The notes under the pieces were generated by a model. That model was not told the DNA's origin. It did not search any database and worked only from the letters and a program-made list of their open reading frames with translations. Positions 1-12,961 of a stretch of DNA of 64,000 nt are shown piece by piece (within the stretch, counting starts at the first letter, position 1; every line of letters starts with the position of its first letter). This DNA comes from Dictyostelium discoideum. Lineage: Eukaryota. The DNA lies in NCBI GenBank assembly GCA_000004695.1, contig CM000151.3, forward strand, positions 1,888,001 to 1,952,000, read 5' to 3'. Position numbers and translations under genes: made by a program.

Positions 1-567
1 TTTTCTTTTTTTTTAAACTAAATTGAAAAATTATTTATTTATATCTTTGTTATTTGTTGTTTGTTTATTTTTTTTTTTAAAAAAGCTAATTGAAATAATA
101 AAAAAAAAAAAAAGTTTTTATAACCGTTTATTTTTTATTTTTATTTTTTTTTTTTTTTTTTTTTTTTTTTTGTAACTTTCAGATTTTTAAATAAAAATTC
201 AAATAAAACAGTAGTCTGAAATTAAAAGAAATTTGGTAAAAGGCTGTTTTTTTTATTGGCGTCCTTATGTCGCCAATGTTAAAAGTAATTCTTGTTTGGA
301 TTCAATTATTAAAAAAAAAAAAAAAACATCAACTTCTTTTTGAAAAAAAAAAACAAAAATTACCAGTGTTGTTTCACTGATTCCAAACCAAAAAAAGGAA
401 TTATTATAAATTACAAGTATAAATAAATATTATTTTATTGATTATTAAAATAATTACCCAAATCTTAAATTAAAAAAAAATAGTTATTTAAATTTTAATA
501 ATTTTCCATTTTTTTTTTAAATTTAATTAAAAATAATTTACAATATGTTTGATTTATATTCTTTATT

Positions 568-632
<65 letters not shown>

Positions 633-647
633 GGATATTTTATCTAT

Positions 648-929
648 TTAAAAGAAATGACCATGGTGGTGATGGTGATGGCCATGATGGTGGTTATCAG
701 TTTCATAGACAATAGTTGTGGTTTGTGGATAAACTACTGGTGGTTGACCATAAATTGGTTGAACTACTGGAGGTTGGCCATAAATTGGTTGAACTATTGG
801 AGGTTGACCATAAATTGGTTGAATACCTACTACTGGAGAAATTGGTTGAACAACTTGAGCTCCATAAACTGGGGTTGTAGTATAAGTAATTTCTTCATAA
901 TGACCGTGATGATGATGATGATGACCCAT
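648..929 (-). CDS. Small His-rich repeat protein (93 aa) with hexa-His runs at both termini and three tandem 10-aa VQPIYGQPPV repeats
   Basis: ORF-track 93-aa ORF. The start has a Dictyostelium-like A-rich context (aaaaATGG). Codons are A/T-ending (caa, cca, att, ggt, gtt). DNA at 748-840 shows the tandem 30-bp repeats. The overlapping + strand ORF at 657..1004 is antisense low-complexity. Confidence 0.45.
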   Translation of the reverse strand: MGHHHHHHGHYEEITYTTTPVYGAQVVQPISPVVGIQPIYGQPPIVQPIYGQPPVVQPIYGQPPVVYPQTTTIVYETDNHHHGHHHHHHGHFF

Positions 930-1670
930 TTTTATTATTGTATTTATATTTATTTATTTATTTATTTATTTATATATATTAATTTATTTATTTATATTTA
1001 TTAATTTAATATTTTAATATTTTTGATTTAATTATTTTATTGGTTTTATATTTTTTTTTTTATTTTAATATTTATACCCCAATTTTAAAAATAAAATAAA
1101 TAATTAAAATAAAATTAAATAAAAAAAAAATTAATTTTTAATTTCAGATTTTTCAATTTCTTTGAAAAAAAGGTCTGAAATTAAAAATTTTTTAACCAAA
1201 CTAATCAGAATATAAAATAACAATCAATTAACAATATAAAAAAGAAGCCAACTGAAAGGGGTCTAAAATTTAAATAATAGTTACAATTAATCAAACTCAA
1301 AATCTCTTAAATAAATTTTATTTGAAAAAAAAAAAAATAAATAATGTAGAAATTGTTGAAATAAATTAAATAAAAAATAAATATTAATAATGTAGAAATT
1401 TAATATATTTTGGAAACATATTTAATTAAAATAACTATTAAAGTTAAATAATAATTTTAAAATAAAAAAAAAAAAAAAAAAAAAAAAAAAGTGATTTAAT
1501 GAGTGTTGTTGATTTAGGTTTTATTACCAAAAAAAAAAAAAAAAAAAAAAACTAATTTGAATTATAAAAAAAAATATAATTTTATTTGAAGTTGTTTTAG
1601 GGAAAAAAAAAAAAAAATTTTTTTAATCGTTTAAATTATTATAATTACTATTATTTTTATATGTTTTTGA

Positions 1671-2563
1671 TTATTTTCTAGATTTCTTTGAGGAACCTTT
1701 TGGAGGTGAAGATAAGTTTGGTTTTGGTGAAGTTGGTGAGGTGGCTGATTGAGTTGAAGAGCTTGATGAATAACTAGATGATAAATTATCTTCGAGATTT
1801 TTTTCTTTTGGTGATTTCTTGGCTATTGGGATTGGAATTGAAGCAGATGGAGAGGTAGTTGTAGTGGTGGTGGTGGTAGTAGTTGGAGTAACTGGAGGTG
1901 GTGGTAAAGAATCACCATCATTGTTAATAATTGGTGGATTACTATTTGAAGATGATTTTAAAGTTGGTAATGAGCTACTACTAGTATTTGGTAAAACTGG
2001 AATTGGAGCTGGTGTAGAAGAAATTGGTCTAGGATTATTACTTCCTAAACCGTTATTATTATTGTTGTGGTTGTTACTACTAACTAAAGGAATTGGGATT
2101 CCATTTGTTGATGAAATTGGGAATTTATTATTATTATTATTATTATCATTATTACCTAAATGTGGATAAGCTGGAAAATCATCCTCATCACCTAAACCTG
2201 TGAATTTATCAATACCACCATCATCATCTTCTTCATCTTCATCATCAAAATGTTTTAAACCACTTTCCCTAGTGACCATTGGGTTTGGAATTAAATCTTT
2301 TTCTAAATTCTTATTACTATTTTTAAAAAATTGTTGTTGTTGTTGTTGATGAGGTGGTTGTTGGTGATTTGGTGAACCAAAATCTTCTATACCTTTTTTC
2401 ATTAAAAATCCTCCTGTTTCTGGGCTATTATTAAAATTGTTATTATTGAATCCATTATTGGTATTAAAATTTTTATTATTATTATTATTATTACTATTAA
2501 AACCGTTACCGTTATTTATAGTTATAGGTTGACCAACTCTATTACCAAAACTACCACTATTAC

Positions 2564-2602
<39 letters not shown>

Positions 2603-5522
2603 AACTATTATTATTGCTACTATTGTTGTTGCTACCAAAACTATTGCCACTATTATTATTATTAATTGGGATTGGAATAGTTGATTTTGAAATTGGAGTT
2701 TTCATTGCATCATTTAATTTTTCAATAATTTCAATATCATCTTCATCTTTGATATTTACAAAGTAAGAACCTGGATTATCAAAAGAGGAACCAGATTTAT
2801 ATTCACCATCCATACCAATACCATTAGAGGGAGAGGTACTAAAACCACCACTACCATAACCATCTTGAATTCTTGGGGAGATATTTTTTCTTTTTTCAAA
2901 TTTAATAACCTCACCTACTGGGTAATCTTGATCGAAAAAGTTAATTTCACTACCACCCTCCATAGAGTTTGAAGAGACAGCGGGTGAAACTGAATTTGAA
3001 GATCTAAATGTAAATTGAGGTACACCCCAGATTGCACGAATCTCTTGACTATGTGTTGTAATTTCAACATTATATAACCATCTTGCTTCTTGATCTTTTG
3101 ACATGTGATGTTGGAGTTGTTGTTTATTAATCTCTGTTAAACTATATGGAATGAATTGACTTTTGTATTCTGGTGATCTAGTTTTTCTACAAACATCCCA
3201 TTCAGCCACTGGTGTGATTGAAAGGCAAAGAGTATTTTCGGCCATTTCTGATGAGATTGGTGGACGTAGTGGTCTAAGTTCATAGAGAATCAATTGACCA
3301 GTTGGAGAGCAAACGAATAAATTCTCTAAATTTGGTTGATTAGATTCAATGAAACAAGCATTACCACCAGACATTAAACAACCTTGTACAACACTACCCA
3401 AGGTTGAAGAGGATGCTTCATCATTATCATTTCCTAATTTAATTCTATCCATTGCATTAATGGTTAGCAATGATGGAGTTAGGTTATTAACCGATGAATA
3501 ATAATCAATTGGTCTCTTACTATTTGGACTACGAGTTATATGAGAATGAATATCAACTTCACCACCTAATGGATTAATTGCAAATATATGTGTTGTACCT
3601 CTAGATGTTGTTAATGCTACCCATTTACTATTTTCACTTGTTGTAATACCTTGAATCGATGCATTTGTAATACCACGTTTTAAAATATAAATATGTCTAT
3701 ATGATTGTTCAAAATTCATTGAACTATTATTATTATTATTATTATTACTACTAATGATTATACCATTACTGTTATTACCACCATTATTATTTATTATATT
3801 ATTATTTGTATTATTATTTGTGTTATTATTACTATTACCGCTAACTATAATACTATTATTATTTGTTGTATTATTGCTATTATTTGTATTATTATTTGTA
3901 TTATTATTATTATTATTATTACTATTTAAACTTAAACTATTATTAATTATAATACCACTATTATTACTATTATTTATATTATTGTTATTATTGTTATTAT
4001 TACTATTTACACTTGTTGATAATGGAGATGATATAGTTAAAGAATTTGTAAATGGTATAATTTGATAAGTGTTTACTTTTGTACCTTCGGTTGTACTTGT
4101 AAACAAAAGTGTACCAGTTGGATCAAAAGCCAAATAAGAGATTGGATGAGTATGAGGTGGTTTAATGAGTGAAACTATTCTTTGTTTCACAAAATCAAAA
4201 ACAACAATAACACTTGCTGCATCTGGTTTATCGTTCATTCCACCACTACCACCACCACCCAATTGGGGTGCATTACCCATTGCCAACGATGATGTAGAGT
4301 TTGGACTTGTACCTAAAATTGATTGCTCATGATTTTCTGGATATAAATAACTTGATACTTTTTTTCTACCAATATCACCAAAATAATATAATTTCTGTGC
4401 TACCTCTTTTGCAATATCACTGGCAACATCGACTGCTGTATCACTAAAGGTTTGATTTTGTGGTACTGATGGATTACGATTTTGACTATATCCAATACCA
4501 CCACCACCACCGCCACTACTACCACTACCATTACTACTACCACCACCAAAGTAATGACTTGAGTGATGATGACCACCAATGAATGAATAGGATGATTCAT
4601 AATCTGTATATGCAATCCAACGAGATCCCAATGCAATTACACCCAATGATGTTACACTTGGATAACAAGGTAATGATAATCCTTTGATTTTACTCATATC
4701 ATTGGCATTAAATCCTACAATTCTCTCTTTTAACACCACCAATATAATTTGTTGATTCGATAATACATTATAAATTGGTGACTTAAATTTGTACATACTA
4801 ATTAATTCTGTTGTTTGTAATGAAAATATTCTAACCATATTTTTTGTAACTTTTGGATTATCTTCACCTGAACTAAAAAAAATTAAATAATAAAAATAAA
4901 AAAAATAAAAAAAAAAGATTAGTATTTTTTTAATATATATATATATATATATATAAAACAAAAATTAACACATACACAACAGCTAATAATGGTCTTTTAC
5001 CATAAAATGATGATGATTCATTATCAGGTTCTAAAGGATTTGTTAAAACCTTACAAAATTTTGTAAGTCCATCTCTACATGATAACAATTCCTTAACTCC
5101 ATCTGTATGATTTAAATCCCAAACTTGAAAACCATTATTATAACAATTTATTAAAATTTTATGTCTTAAAAATGAATAATTTTTTTTTTTTTTTTTTTTT
5201 TGTATTTAATAAAAGAAATAAAATAAAATAATTAATATCCTCCTTTTTTTTAAAAAAAAATATATATATAATTTTATATTTACTTTTCACCTTGAATAAA
5301 ACATTCATCAAAATAAGTACCAACTATAGTATCTTTTTCTTCAAATGTTACAGGTGAATTCATAATTTGTTTCTTTATTGATGATTTAATACTACTTGGA
5401 ATGTAGGATGAAATACCTTTAATATAACCTGTAATTACGGATTGATTAAGATAATTGGTTTTCTCCTCTGCTTTCATTCCTCCATAACCTGAATTTGTAT
5501 GATTTAATGCATTTTGGTACAT
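1671..5522 (-). CDS. BCAS3 (breast carcinoma amplified sequence 3) orthologue, WD40/BCAS3-domain autophagy-associated protein, about 1209 aa. Exons: complement join(5284..5522, 4976..5164, 1671..4872)
   Basis: Exon 1 ends caa ggt gaa aa|GTAAAT. Exon 2 translates HKILINCYNNGFQVWDLNHTDGVKELLSCRDGLTKFCKVLTNPLEPDNESSSFYGKRPLLAVV. Exon 3 carries KSPIYNVLSNQQIILVVLKERIVGFNAN...IALGSRWIAYTDYE, PISYLAFDPTGTLLFTSTTEG, WVALTTSRGTTHIFAINPLGG, LFVCSPTGQLILYELRPL and VEITTHSQEIRAIWGVPQFTF. These align block by block with human BCAS3 ([80 protein letters not shown]). Exon lengths are phase-consistent (239, 189, 3202 nt). Long Asn/Thr/Ser/Gly low-complexity inserts are present. Confidence 0.85.
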
Positions 5523-6597
5523 TGTTTTTATTATACTTTTGTTGTTATTATTGTTGCTGCTGCTGCTGCTTTATTATTATATTATTACTGTGGCGCTACT
5601 ACTACTACTACTAAACTAAACTAATCTAACCAAACTACAACTAAATTTTATTTCCTTCTGTTGGATTTTGGAGTGAGTGACCTATTTGTTTGTTTGTAGT
5701 ATGAGAGTGAGTTGATATTTTTTTTTTTTTTTTTTTTTTTTAATTTAAAAAATAGTGTTATTTATTTGACTGTTTTTTATTACTATATTATTAATTGTGT
5801 GTGTGTGAAAATTTAAAGAATTGAAAAAATAAAAAAAAATTAAAAAAGAAAAAAAAAAAAAAAGAAAAAAATAAAATTAAAAAAAATAAAAAAAAAAAAG
5901 AAAAAAAATTGAAAAAATGTTTTTAAGATAATGTGAGTTTATTATTATATAATTAACACTATATACGTGTATTACTATTATTATATTGTTTTTATTTTAT
6001 ATGAAGTCCAAAAAAATTAAGTTTGGAAATTTAAGAAATTTAATTAAAAAATAAAAAAAAAATAAGAGGAAAAATAAAAAAAAAATTATAAAAAATTTTT
6101 TTTTGAAAAAATAAAAAAAAAAAAAAATTAAAAAATTAAAGAAAATATCAAAACAATCCAATCAATGATTGGGTTGCCACCTCTTTTAAAGTTTTGTAGA
6201 AAAAAAATAAAAAAAAAAAAAACAATAAAAAATAATAAAAAAAAATAATAAAAAAAACAATAAAAAATAAAAAAACAAAAAGAAAAAAAAGGCAAAATGA
6301 AAATTTTTATTTTTTTTCAAATAATTTAATTTAATTTAACACCTGTTGTGTAGTTAATATGAAAATATTAATTATTTTTATTTTTATTTTTATTTTTTTT
6401 TCAAATAATTTAATTTTTTTTTATTTTATTTGGGTTTAATTTAATTTTTAAATAAAAAAAAAAAAGGCATGAAATTTTTAAGGTTTGAATTAGAAATTAA
6501 TTTGGGTAAACCCAGATTATAATTTTTTTTTTTTTTTTTATATATATTATTTTTTATTTTTATTATTTTTTTTTTTTTTTTTTTATTATTATTTTTT

Positions 6598-8277
6598 TTA
6601 ACCCTGGAATTCATTTTCTATTTTCGTAATTGATTCATATGGAATGAAATGAATTCCTTTCTTTAAATAAGATTCCATTTGATGATATCTATCTCTCCAT
6701 TCAGAACTTGAAGTGAATAAATCTTTATGTTGATTTACAAGTGTTTGAATGATACAAAATTTCCATTCCTTTGCCAATTTTGTAGATTCATTTTGTCTAT
6801 TCATCAAGTATTCAAAGAAACCAGCCATTTTAATGACTTCAGAAGCACCCCATGAATGAACACATAATGCTTGAATTAATGAAAAGCTTGCCATTTTTAT
6901 ATCCTCAATTGGTGAGTTATAATTCTTTGTCATCTTTGACATTAGTAAACCATCTGGTAGGGATCGATAAATTTGATAAAGTTTATCAGACACTAAATAA
7001 ATCTTGTCATTTGGTTTCAACATTATTGAGAATGAATTATAACTTGTCACGATTGTCTCTTGATCATTTGATAAAAAGAATTCAGTATATGATCTAACAA
7101 ATGATTCATCCCTAATTATTAAATCCAATCCTTTAGAATTCTTACCAATGATACCAATTGATGCTAAAATTGTCATTTTCAACTTTCTAGATAATTCATT
7201 CTCTGAATGATTCAAATGATATTTAAATATCTCTATAAACTTTTTACCATATTCACCATTAATAAAGAATAACATCTCTGTCTTTTCATTTGATAATTGT
7301 GATACATTTGCTAAAAATGATATAATTTTATTTAAAATTGGTGATTCTGATAAAATATCACTACTACCACTACCATCATCATTGGTGGTGGTCGTTGTTG
7401 TTTTCTTAAAAATTTCATATAATGAATTTATCATACCAGAATTAATAATTGATTGTAATGCAACAGTGTATTTACACGATTCTTGAATGATTTCTAATAT
7501 ATTCATTTGAGTGATTTGATCTTTACCTGTAGAATCATTGAAAGCTGATACTAGTATACTTATGAATGGTTCTCTATATTTTTTAAAAACTTGTTCATTA
7601 TATTCCTCCTCTTCTTTTGAGATTGATTTTGTATTTGAATTAATAATTGATGGATCTATTGAACTGTTACCAATTGAATGATTTGGTTTGAGTGTTTCAA
7701 TTTGTGGTACACCAACACCTAAACTATTATTTGTATTCGACTCTTCCAAATTCAAATTTAAATTCAATAATAGTGAACCAATTACAAGAATTCTAAAAAA
7801 TATAACCTTATTTGAATTTGCTAATGAATATTGTAATACTAATTTTTTAAATGTTTCATTAAACCAATCGCTTTTCTCATCATTATTCAATAGGATAGGT
7901 TTATTGTATTTTTTATTTGATATTATTGTTGTGAATAAATCTATTACTGCTTGTGAGATACTGATAGAGTCAGAGGTGATTTGAGTGAAAACTAATTGTA
8001 AAATACCAGTCTCATTGAAATGTTGCATTGTAATCTCTGGATTCTTCTTTATTGCCATATTTAACATTTTAATTGTAACTAATGCAACCTCGGTATGTAC
8101 TTCGCTACTACCACTTAAAGCAATCTTTAAATAAGGTTCTATCTCTTTAGTTACTAATAATTTATAACTATTAATATTATTTGTTAATGTTTTTTTAATA
8201 TTATAACAACAATCTAATAATTCATCTTCATTTTTACTATTTTTTAATTCTTCAAATGATTTAATTAATTCATTCAT
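6598..8277 (-). CDS. psmD5: 26S proteasome non-ATPase regulatory subunit 5 (PSMD5/S5b, proteasome assembly chaperone), 559 aa, single exon
   Basis: The C-terminal region AGFFEYLMNRQNESTKLAKEWKFCIIQTLVN...YHQMESYLKKGIHFIPYE aligns to human PSMD5 ([31 protein letters not shown]...YLRLRTYLSEGPYYVKP). An all-helical ARM/HEAT-like protein of matching length. Confidence 0.75.
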   Translation of the reverse strand: MNELIKSFEELKNSKNEDELLDCCYNIKKTLTNNINSYKLLVTKEIEPYLKIALSGSSEVHTEVALVTIKMLNMAIKKNPEITMQHFNETGILQLVFTQITSDSISISQAVIDLFTTIISNKKYNKPILLNNDEKSDWFNETFKKLVLQYSLANSNKVIFFRILVIGSLLLNLNLNLEESNTNNSLGVGVPQIETLKPNHSIGNSSIDPSIINSNTKSISKEEEEYNEQVFKKYREPFISILVSAFNDSTGKDQITQMNILEIIQESCKYTVALQSIINSGMINSLYEIFKKTTTTTTNDDGSGSSDILSESPILNKIISFLANVSQLSNEKTEMLFFINGEYGKKFIEIFKYHLNHSENELSRKLKMTILASIGIIGKNSKGLDLIIRDESFVRSYTEFFLSNDQETIVTSYNSFSIMLKPNDKIYLVSDKLYQIYRSLPDGLLMSKMTKNYNSPIEDIKMASFSLIQALCVHSWGASEVIKMAGFFEYLMNRQNESTKLAKEWKFCIIQTLVNQHKDLFTSSSEWRDRYHQMESYLKKGIHFIPYESITKIENEFQG

Positions 8278-8678
8278 TTCTTTATTTCTTTATTTAAATT
8301 ATTATGAATATAAATATAAAAAAAATAATAAAAAAAAAAAAAAGAAAAATATAAAGTTTTAGAAAGAAATTAGAAAAACAAATTTTCAAAAATATAAAAA
8401 AAAATTTTAAAAAAAAAAATAAATTTTAATTAAAAAAAAAAAAAATTAAAAAATATAAAATTTTTGCATTTTGTTGAAGTTGAATTTTTTTAATTTTTTT
8501 TTTAATTTATTTTTTTTTTTTTTTTTTTTTTTTAATTTTTTTTAATTTTTTTTTTTGACCATCACACTTTTAATATATTTTTTTATTTTTATTAATTATT
8601 TACTTTTTTTTCTTTTATTTATTTTGTACAATATAAATATATATATATATATATATACACCCACACACATACATAAAA
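8278..8678. promoter_or_regulatory. About 400-bp bidirectional intergenic region shared by the head-to-head psmD5 and psmD14 genes. Contains (AT)10 at 8641-8660 just 5' of the psmD14 ATG
   Basis: Both start codons face outward from this AT-rich spacer. The promoter function is inferred. Confidence 0.4.
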
Positions 8679-9200
8679 ATGAATCGTTCATTAATGTCAT
8701 TATTAGGTCGTGAAGGTTTAGGTGAAAAGATTACAGACGCTACACCTTTACCAGATACAGCAGAAACAATTCATATCTCTTCATTAGCTTTATTAAAAAT
8801 GTTACAACATGGTAAGAATATTCTATTTATTATTATTTTTAATATTGTATAAAATTAACATTTTTTTTTTTATTTTTTTTATTTTTTTTTTTTTTTATTT
8901 TTATATAGCAAGAGCTGGTGTACCATTAGAAGTTATGGGTTTAATGTTAGGTGAATTAATTGATGAATATACAATTAGAGTTATTGATGTATTTGCAATG
9001 CCACAAAGTGGTACATCAGTTAGTGTAGAAGCAATTGATCCAGTATTCCAAACTAAAATGCTTGATATGTTAAAACAAACTGGTAGAGATGAAATTGTTA
9101 TTGGTTGGTATCACAGTCATCCTGGCTTTGGTTGTTGGTTATCAAGTGTTGATGTCAATACTCAACAAGTATGTATACAATTTAAACAAAAATATATAAA

Positions 9201-9231
<31 letters not shown>

Positions 9232-9925
9232 CACTTTATTAATAAAATTTTGAAATAAATAAATAAATAAATAAATAAAAGAGTTTTGAACAATTACAAT
9301 CAAGAGCAGTTGCAGTTGTAGTTGATCCATTACAATCAGTTCGTGGTAAAGTTGTAATTGATGCATTCAGAACCATTAAAACTTCACCAACAGCAGAACC
9401 AAGACAAATTACAAGTAATCTTGGTCATTTACAAGATCCATCCATTCAAGCATTAATTCATGGTCTCAATAGAAATTATTATTCCATTGCTATCAATTAT
9501 CGTAAGAATGAATTGGAACAAAAAATGTTATTAAATCTTCATAAAAAGAAATGGACTGAAGGTTTAATCGTTGATAAATTTGATACTCATGAACAATCAA
9601 ATGAAAAACAAATTAATGTAATTATTATTTAAAATCTATATATAAATATATATATATTTAATTATTGACTTAACTTTAATATTAACATTTTTATTTTCAT
9701 TTTTTTATTTTATTTATTTTTATCTTAAAATAGAATTTATTGGAATTAACTAAACAATATCAAAAATCAATTCAAGATGAAGATAAGATTGAACCAGAAA
9801 AGAAGGAAGTTTCAGCAGTTGGTAAATTAGATCCAAAGAGACATTTAATCTCTGATGTTCACACATTAATGGCCAACAACGTTGTTAGAGTGTTAACTGT
9901 TATGCTTGACACTGTAACTTTCTAA
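8679..9925 (+). CDS. psmD14: 26S proteasome regulatory subunit Rpn11/PSMD14 (JAMM/MPN+ deubiquitinase), about 306 aa. Exons: join(8679..8810, 8909..9168, 9282..9617, 9734..9925)
   Basis: Near-identity to human PSMD14 over the whole length: [69 protein letters not shown], the JAMM motif [75 protein letters not shown], and C-terminal DPKRHL...MLDTVTF. Introns start GTAAGA/GTATGT/GTAATT, end AG, and phases are consistent. Confidence 0.92.
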
Positions 9926-10277
9926 AAAAAAAAAACTAAAAAACTAAAAAAAGAACTAAAAAAAAAAAAAAACAAATAAAAAAAAAAAAAAAAACAAATA
10001 AAATAAAAAAAAAAAAAAAACAAATAATTAAATTTTTTATTACTTTTTTTCAATCACCCCTTTTTAAAACCGATTTTTCAGTTGGAATTCAATTTATTTT
10101 AATTTAAAATTTGAATTTTTTTTTTTTTTTTTTTTTATTTTTTTATTTTCTAAAAAAAAAAAAAAATAAAAAACGAAAATAAAAAGTTTCAAATTTTTTT
10201 TATTTTCTTTTTTTATTCTTTAATCGTTCATACCCACTATCTCTTCTATATTCACATATATACATATACATAAAAAA

Positions 10278-11240
10278 ATGATGCAATTTTTTGGTACTAT
10301 CGTAACTAAAGAAGAACCAGTAAATCTTGAATTAGATGAAGGTGATATTTTCCATTTAACTAAAGTATGTAAAATAACTATTATACAATTATATATATTT
10401 TTTAAAAAGAAGAATTATTAACCAAACCTAATTTTCATTTTATTTTGTTTTTTTTATTTTACTTATTTATTTTTTTAATAGGCTATTATTCATCCAAAAT
10501 CTCAAGGTAAAGGTAAAGTTTATTTAACTGCAGTTATTAGTTTAATGGAAGAAGATGAAATGGAAGAAGATGATGTTGATGATGAAGAAGAATCACCAAG
10601 AGAAGATATAGTTGAAATTCCAATTGGTATTTTAGAAGCTGGTAAAATTGATCAAATCGATCTCAATTTACATTATAATTTTGGACAAATCGTTAGATTT
10701 GAACTCCAAGCTGAAAATGGTGCTGGTTATGTTGTTGCTCTTTCTGGTTCAGTTATCACCATGGAACAAGGTGGTTGTGATGATGAAGATTGTGATGATG
10801 AACACTGCATCAATCATGAAGATGATGAAGAAATCGATAGTGATGAAGAGTTCGGTGACTCTGATCAAGATGAAGAAGATTCCGATGATGAAGAAATCCC
10901 ACAATTAATTGCACCAGCCACTAAAAAAGGTAAAATCACAGAAATCTCAGAAGTCCCAGAATCAAAGAAAGAAAAAACTCCAGAACCAAAGAAAGTTCCA
11001 GAACCAAAGAAAGAACAAGTTAAACAACCAACCCAACCACAACAAAAGAAAGCTGCTGCTCAACAACCAGAAAAAGCCAACAATAAACCAGCCGCTGCTT
11101 CACCAGCTAAACCACAAAACAATCAATCTAAAAATGCACCAAAACAACCACAACAACAACAACAATCACCAGCCAAAAATAATAACAACAAAAGACCACA
11201 AAACCAAAACGAAAACAACAAAAAGAAACAAAAAAACTAA
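10278..11240 (+). CDS. Nucleoplasmin-like (NPL-domain) acidic nuclear chaperone-like protein, about 282 aa. Exons: join(10278..10364, 10482..11240)
   Basis: The N-terminus MMQFFGTIVTKEEPVNLELDEG...AIIHPKSQGKGKVYLTAVIS resembles the nucleoplasmin/FKBP39 NPL fold (MFWG...HISGVAL..KLYLAA). Poly-acidic D/E tracts are followed by a Lys/Pro/Gln-rich basic tail. No FKBP domain is present. The 117-bp intron runs GTATGT...AG. Confidence 0.55.
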
Positions 11241-11838
11241 ATAGTCAATAAATTTATTCTTTTAATATAACTTTTTTTTTTATTTTATTATTTTTTCCTA
11301 AATTAATAGATTAAATTGTTATAACCATTTAGATTTTATAAACATATCATCTTTTTATTCTTTTATTAAATTTTAATAACCTTTTTTATTTTTTTTTATT
11401 TTCCATTATTTTTTTGTCGGGAAAAACTAAAAATAAAAATATATTAAAAAACTATTTTTTTTTTTTTTTTTTTTTTTTAAAAAATATATCCCATAACCAT
11501 TTGAAAAGGAAAAGTACTTTAAGAAAGATTAATTTTCATATGAAAAAATTAACTTTTAATAATCGTGTTTTTGTGTACGGGCGTCTTGGGTACTAACTTG
11601 ACCTCCAAAGAAAAACACTAAGACCAAATCCTTTGGCTGATCATTTTGACTTTTTAATTGTCATTTGTTAAAACTCGTTGAAGGTATATTTTAAAAAATA
11701 AATTTTAAAAAAAAAATGTAATTGTTTATGTTATTATATTTAAACATTATCAAAATTATTACTTTTAAGAAATTCATTTTCTGGGTGATTGGAAAAAATT
11801 AAGAAGAATAACATGTTTATTCAATCAATAATGGTAAA

Positions 11839-11875
<37 letters not shown>

Positions 11876-11909
11876 AATAAATAAAAGATTCATTTTTAAA
11901 ATTTTATTT

Positions 11910-12961
11910 CTATTTTTTATTTATTGTTTTATTTTTTAGAGATTTTTTTTTTAATTTTTGACATTCTTGGATTAAATCTAATTGATAATTTGCAATTTCT
12001 TCAACTTTGTCTTTAATTAAATTTTGTTTTGAAGTAATTGATTTAAATTGATCTTTGATAGGAGATAAATCAAAATCAATTTTTAAATTTGCTTCCAACT
12101 TTTTGAATTCAAGAACCTTCTCTTTTAATTCATGATATATTAATTTTGTTGTTTCATCAGTTACTTGGGAGATTAGTTCTATATTTTCCATATAATAGGA
12201 AAGAAGAGATTTTAAAGTTTTCAATTTTTTATCTCTTGCTACTGATTGCTTGTAAAATGAAATAAAAGCACCAACAAGGCAACCAAATGTTAAAAGTACT
12301 GGAGCACAAATAGGCGCAACAACTGATAGTGAAGTGGCTCCTACAGCGATCAGAGACGTGACACCAACAGCTTCAGTAGCTCCAATCGCAGTTACACTAC
12401 CAATTCCTAAAAATCCTGATATTACCCCAAACAAAGATGAGAACTTGGTAAGAAATTGAGACTTTTCTGCTTTATCAATTCCTTGAAATAGTTTTTTGGA
12501 GTTTTCAAAAAAAACATCGATTTTCTTTTTTAATTCTTCATCATTAACATTTTTTTCAGTAAATTTATTTGTTAACCCATCTATATTTTTCAATAAGGGG
12601 TCGATAAGTTTATCAATCATTGAACTTATCTCTTTTATTTTCTCTTGGTCATTTGATTGAATTTCTTTTTTATTCTCCAAAGTTAGTCTTTCAATTGTAC
12701 TAATTTGAGATTCTAATACAATTATTTCCACATCAATTATATTAACCCTTGTACTAAAGCTTGTTAATAATTCATTTAATAAACTATTGTTTATTGACAT
12801 TTCGATCATTAATTTTTTTAAAACCAATTTTTCTTTATCATTTTGTTGAGTTAACATTGTTTTGATTTTATCCATTGAATCAAATGCGATTTGAAAAGCT
12901 TCTCCATTACTTTTTGTTTTGGGATCTGCTTTTTTAATAATTGTTAAAGAATTATTATTTT

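Noticed and set aside
240-285. GC-rich 7-bp inverted repeat attggcg-N9-cgccaat in a 5' intergenic desert
   Set aside because: Isolated short hairpin with no associated gene signal in view. Too little context to call.
657-1004. 115-aa + strand ORF overlapping the His-rich gene
   Set aside because: Antisense translation of tandem repeats, W/L/N-rich with no start context. The minus-strand reading has sensible codon usage.
1819-4636. ORFs 1819..2169, 3754..4065 and 4400..4636 inside the BCAS3 exon
   Set aside because: Poly-V/L/I products from the antisense of (AAT)n/(ACC)n coding repeats. Antisense of low-complexity coding DNA.
11414-11596. 60-aa ORF in a 3' intergenic region
   Set aside because: Poly-Phe from a T-run. 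No homology or start context.
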